NCBI GenBank assembly: GCA_016188005.1
Contig: JACPIQ010000025.1
Span: 1 to 64,000, forward strand
DNA: 64,000 bases
Direction: 5' to 3'
From: Candidatus Rokuibacteriota bacterium
Lineage (GTDB): Bacteria > Methylomirabilota > Methylomirabilia > Rokubacteriales > CSP1-6
In this document: one piece after another, positions 61,780 through 64,000 of the stretch
Numbering within the stretch: the stretch's first letter is position 1
Layout: each line of letters opens with the position of its first letter
Translations under genes and position numbers: made by a program
Notes under the pieces: model-generated
Seen by the model: only the letters and a program-made list of their open reading frames with translations
Told to the model about the DNA's origin: nothing
Databases searched by the model: none

Positions 61780-63924
61780 GTGACCACCGCGCCACGCTCC
61801 GTCACCGATCCGTGGTTCGAGGCCCTGATCGCCCCGCGGGCCATCGCCGTCCTCGGGGCCTCCGATGACCCCGTCAAGATCGGCGGCCGACCGCTCGCCT
61901 TCCTGCTCCGTCACGGCTACCGCGGCGGGCTCTTCCCGGTGAACCCCACGCGCGCCACGGTGCAGGGCCTGCCCGCCTTCCCGAGCCTCGACGCCCTCCC
62001 GTCAGCCGTGGACCTCGCCATCGTCGTCGTGCCGGCCGAGCGCGTGCTGGAGACACTCGGGGCGGCGGCCGCCGGGGGCGTGCGGGTCGCCATCGTGTTC
62101 AGCAGCGGCTTCGCCGAGGGGGGCGAGGCCGGCCGCCGCGAGCAGGCGCGCATCGGCGAGCTGGCGCGGCGCACGGGCCTGCGCGTGCTCGGACCCAACT
62201 GCCAGGGCTTCGCCCATCTGCCCTCGCGTCTGCTTGCCACCTTCGCCTCCTCCTTCCTCGACGAGACGCTCCACGTGGGCCCCGTCGCCATGGTCAGCCA
62301 GTCGGGCGCCATGGCGGGCATGCTCTACGAGATGGCGCGCGACACGAGCCTCGGCTTCAACTACTGGGTCAGCACCGGCAACGAGGCCGACCTCCAGGCA
62401 GCCGAGATCCTCGCCGAGGTGGTGGAGGACCCGGAAACACGCGTGGCCCTCTGCTACCTCGAGGATGTGAAGGATGCCGCGCGGTTCCGGGAGGCGCTCG
62501 GCCGGGCGCATCGCCGAAACGTCCCCGTCTTCGTCCTCAAGACCGGCCGCACCGCCGAGGGCCGCCGGGCCGCCCGCTCTCACACCGGCGCGCTGGCGGG
62601 AGAGGATGCCGTGTACGACGCCGTCTTCAGGGAGTGGGGCGCGATCCGCGCCGCCGACCCCGCGGATCTCCTCCACCTGCCCCAGGCCTTCCTGCGCTAT
62701 CGCCAGGCGGGGCCCCGCGTCGCCATCCTTTCCAACTCCGGCGGGCTCGGCGTGCTCTCGGTGGATCTCTGCGCCGATCTCGGCCTCGTGCCCGCGGTGT
62801 TCACCGTGGAGACGACGGCGGGGCTGCGGGCCGCGCTCCCGATCTTCGCCGCGCCCCAGAACCCCGTGGACCTCACGGCCCAGCTCCTGTCCGACCCGGG
62901 CATGCTCATGCGCGTGCTGCCACTCCTCGAGGGCGATCCCGGCGTGGACATGATCGTCTTCCAGGTCGCGCTCTTCGGCGCGGCCAGCGACGTGGCCCGC
63001 TTCGTCGGCGACGTGGCGGCCGTGGCGCAGCGCACGAGCAAGGTCGTGGCGGTGTCCTGCCCCCAGCGTCACATCGTGGAGCGCTTCCGTCAGGCTAGCG
63101 TGCTCGCCTTCGACGATTCGACCGTCGCGCTCCGGTCCCTGGCCTGTCTGGCTCACGCCACGCGGCAGCGCTCACGCTGCCTGGCGCGCACGACCGCCAT
63201 CGTCGGGCCGCCGCCGCCCGCGCCGCCCATCCCGCGCGCGCGGGCCTCGGCCCATGGCTTCCTCAGCGAGTGGGAGAGCCGCCGCCTGCTCGAGCCCTTC
63301 GGGCTGCCGCTGGTCCAGAGCGCCCTCTGCGCCGATCCGGACGAGGCCGCCCGCGTCGCGGAGAGGCTCGGCTACCCGGTCGTCGTCAAGATCTGCTCGC
63401 GCGATCTTCCCCACAAGTCCGAGGCGGGCGGCGTGGCGCTCGGACTGACGGACGCGCGGGCGGTCGCCGAGGCCTGTCGCCGCATCCGGGCCTGCGTCGC
63501 CGAGCGCGCACCGGGCGCGGCCGTGGAGGGGTTCCTCGTGCAGCGGCATGCGGCCGGGTCGCTCGAGCTGGCCTTGGGGGTCAAGACCGACCCGGTCTTC
63601 GGCCCCGTGGTGCTGGTCGCCGCGGGCGGGATCCTCGTGGAGGCGCTCCGTGACTTCCGGCTGCTGCTGCCGCCCATCGACCGGGCGGCGGCCGAAGAGG
63701 CACTGCGCGGGCTGCGCGTGGGCCCACTCTGGGACGGGGCGCGCGGGAGCGCGCCGCTCGATCTGCCGGCGGCGGCCGATCTCCTGGTGAGGCTGGGCGT
63801 GGCCACGCAGGCTCTCGGCGGAGCGGTCGCCGAGATCGACCTGAATCCGGTGCTCGTGGGCCCCCGGGACGCGGGGGCCACGGTACTCGACGCCCTCGTC
63901 CGCCTCACGGTCGCGCCGCGCTGA
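61780..63924 (+). CDS. ADP-forming acyl-CoA synthetase (NDP-forming acetate--CoA ligase family; CoA-binding + succinyl-CoA-synthetase-like flavodoxin + ATP-grasp domains).
   Basis: RAIAVLGASDDPVKIGGRPL (CoA_binding), LGPNCQG, the phospho-His region SHTGALAG, and a C-terminal ATP-grasp_5 (LGYPVVVKICSRDLPHKSEAGGVALGL). I placed the start at an in-frame GTG at 61780; the track ORF start at 61711 would overlap the divergent cyclase gene. Confidence 0.75.
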   Translation: MTTAPRSVTDPWFEALIAPRAIAVLGASDDPVKIGGRPLAFLLRHGYRGGLFPVNPTRATVQGLPAFPSLDALPSAVDLAIVVVPAERVLETLGAAAAGGVRVAIVFSSGFAEGGEAGRREQARIGELARRTGLRVLGPNCQGFAHLPSRLLATFASSFLDETLHVGPVAMVSQSGAMAGMLYEMARDTSLGFNYWVSTGNEADLQAAEILAEVVEDPETRVALCYLEDVKDAARFREALGRAHRRNVPVFVLKTGRTAEGRRAARSHTGALAGEDAVYDAVFREWGAIRAADPADLLHLPQAFLRYRQAGPRVAILSNSGGLGVLSVDLCADLGLVPAVFTVETTAGLRAALPIFAAPQNPVDLTAQLLSDPGMLMRVLPLLEGDPGVDMIVFQVALFGAASDVARFVGDVAAVAQRTSKVVAVSCPQRHIVERFRQASVLAFDDSTVALRSLACLAHATRQRSRCLARTTAIVGPPPPAPPIPRARASAHGFLSEWESRRLLEPFGLPLVQSALCADPDEAARVAERLGYPVVVKICSRDLPHKSEAGGVALGLTDARAVAEACRRIRACVAERAPGAAVEGFLVQRHAAGSLELALGVKTDPVFGPVVLVAAGGILVEALRDFRLLLPPIDRAAAEEALRGLRVGPLWDGARGSAPLDLPAAADLLVRLGVATQALGGAVAEIDLNPVLVGPRDAGATVLDALVRLTVAPR

Positions 63925-64000
63925 GGGCGCGCGCCATGACAACCCCGCTCACTGATTGCTTGACAGGAGATGCGCGAGAGGACTGTACTGGTGATGCGAC

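Noticed and set aside
59295-61868. An 857-aa plus-strand ORF.
   Set aside because: Antisense of the membrane cyclase. It is rich in Arg/Gly/Glu/His with no motifs.

Overview
The window is a 64 kb high-GC (~70%) bacterial chromosomal segment, apparently from a Gram-negative-type organism (lipoprotein signal peptides, an OmpA-like lipoprotein, a LolD/FtsX-type ABC exporter). Coding is dense on both strands. Because of the GC bias, the six-frame track contains many long spurious antisense ORFs, e.g. 3863..6877 +, 7620..10844 -, 11777..15595 + upstream part, 59295..61868 +. I ignored those in favour of frames with recognisable protein families. Gene starts were placed by counting codons from the track's ORF ends, so individual starts may be off by +/-1 nt.

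Recognisable content, in order:
- a partial peptide-type ABC substrate-binding protein (SBP) at the 5' edge;
- an adenine deaminase;
- a co-linear sensor histidine kinase -> CheY-like response regulator -> receiver-adenylate/guanylate cyclase module;
- a decayed SPFH/band-7 gene;
- a lipoprotein Cu,Zn-SOD immediately downstream of a 1158-aa fused indolepyruvate:ferredoxin oxidoreductase (IOR);
- a TesA-like GDSL esterase divergent from YbbA/YbbP-like ABC exporter genes (E. coli tesA-ybbA-ybbP synteny);
- an RluA-family pseudouridine synthase;
- an SDR oxidoreductase;
- glutaconate-CoA-transferase-like A/B subunits (the A subunit is interrupted by an in-frame TGA);
- an MNT/HepT toxin-antitoxin pair;
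- an ATP-grasp ligase;
- an F420-type luciferase-like oxidoreductase;
- a TerC membrane protein;
- a phnDCEE phosphonate ABC locus plus a HAD-IIA phosphatase (the PhnC lacks its Walker-A loop);
- a ChaN-like lipoprotein gene broken by a 20-bp tandem duplication;
- a CHASE2-cyclase operonic with a FecR-domain protein;
- a partner-switching module (RsbW-like kinase, FecR-domain protein + OmpA lipoprotein, CHASE2-PP2C phosphatase, metallo-beta-lactamase-fold (MBL) hydrolase, STAS antagonist);
- a 666-aa TPR protein, an SRPBCC protein and two coupled hypotheticals;
- several gene remnants (SBP/permease chimera, IMPase and TctA fragments);
- a TPP enzyme, LarA-like lactate racemase, a cyclase-family/SDR/hydantoinase cluster, MsrA, an S9 peptidase, YbaK, a Zn-ADH, a Gfo/Idh/MocA oxidoreductase and a PPOX-type flavoprotein;
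- another SBP coupled to a URO-D-family protein;
- a GAF-containing membrane cyclase and an ADP-forming acyl-CoA synthetase.

No rRNA/tRNA genes, CRISPR arrays or transposase/integrase genes were recognised.

Non-coding structure of interest:
- Two homologous tandem-repeat leader arrays fill the 5' regions of two oxidoreductase genes (~88-nt units x3.5 at 16448..16766; ~96-nt units x2 at 21653..21841). Both end in the same hairpin-then-GGTGAAGGAG ribosome-binding context. I consider this the best candidate for an undescribed cis-regulatory RNA or DNA element.
- A ~65-72 bp palindromic REP/MITE-like element occurs twice (2377..2448 and 23557..23620).
- The window is unusually rich in class III nucleotide cyclases (three), CHASE2 sensors (two) and FecR-domain partners.
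- There is an unusual number of decayed or interrupted genes.
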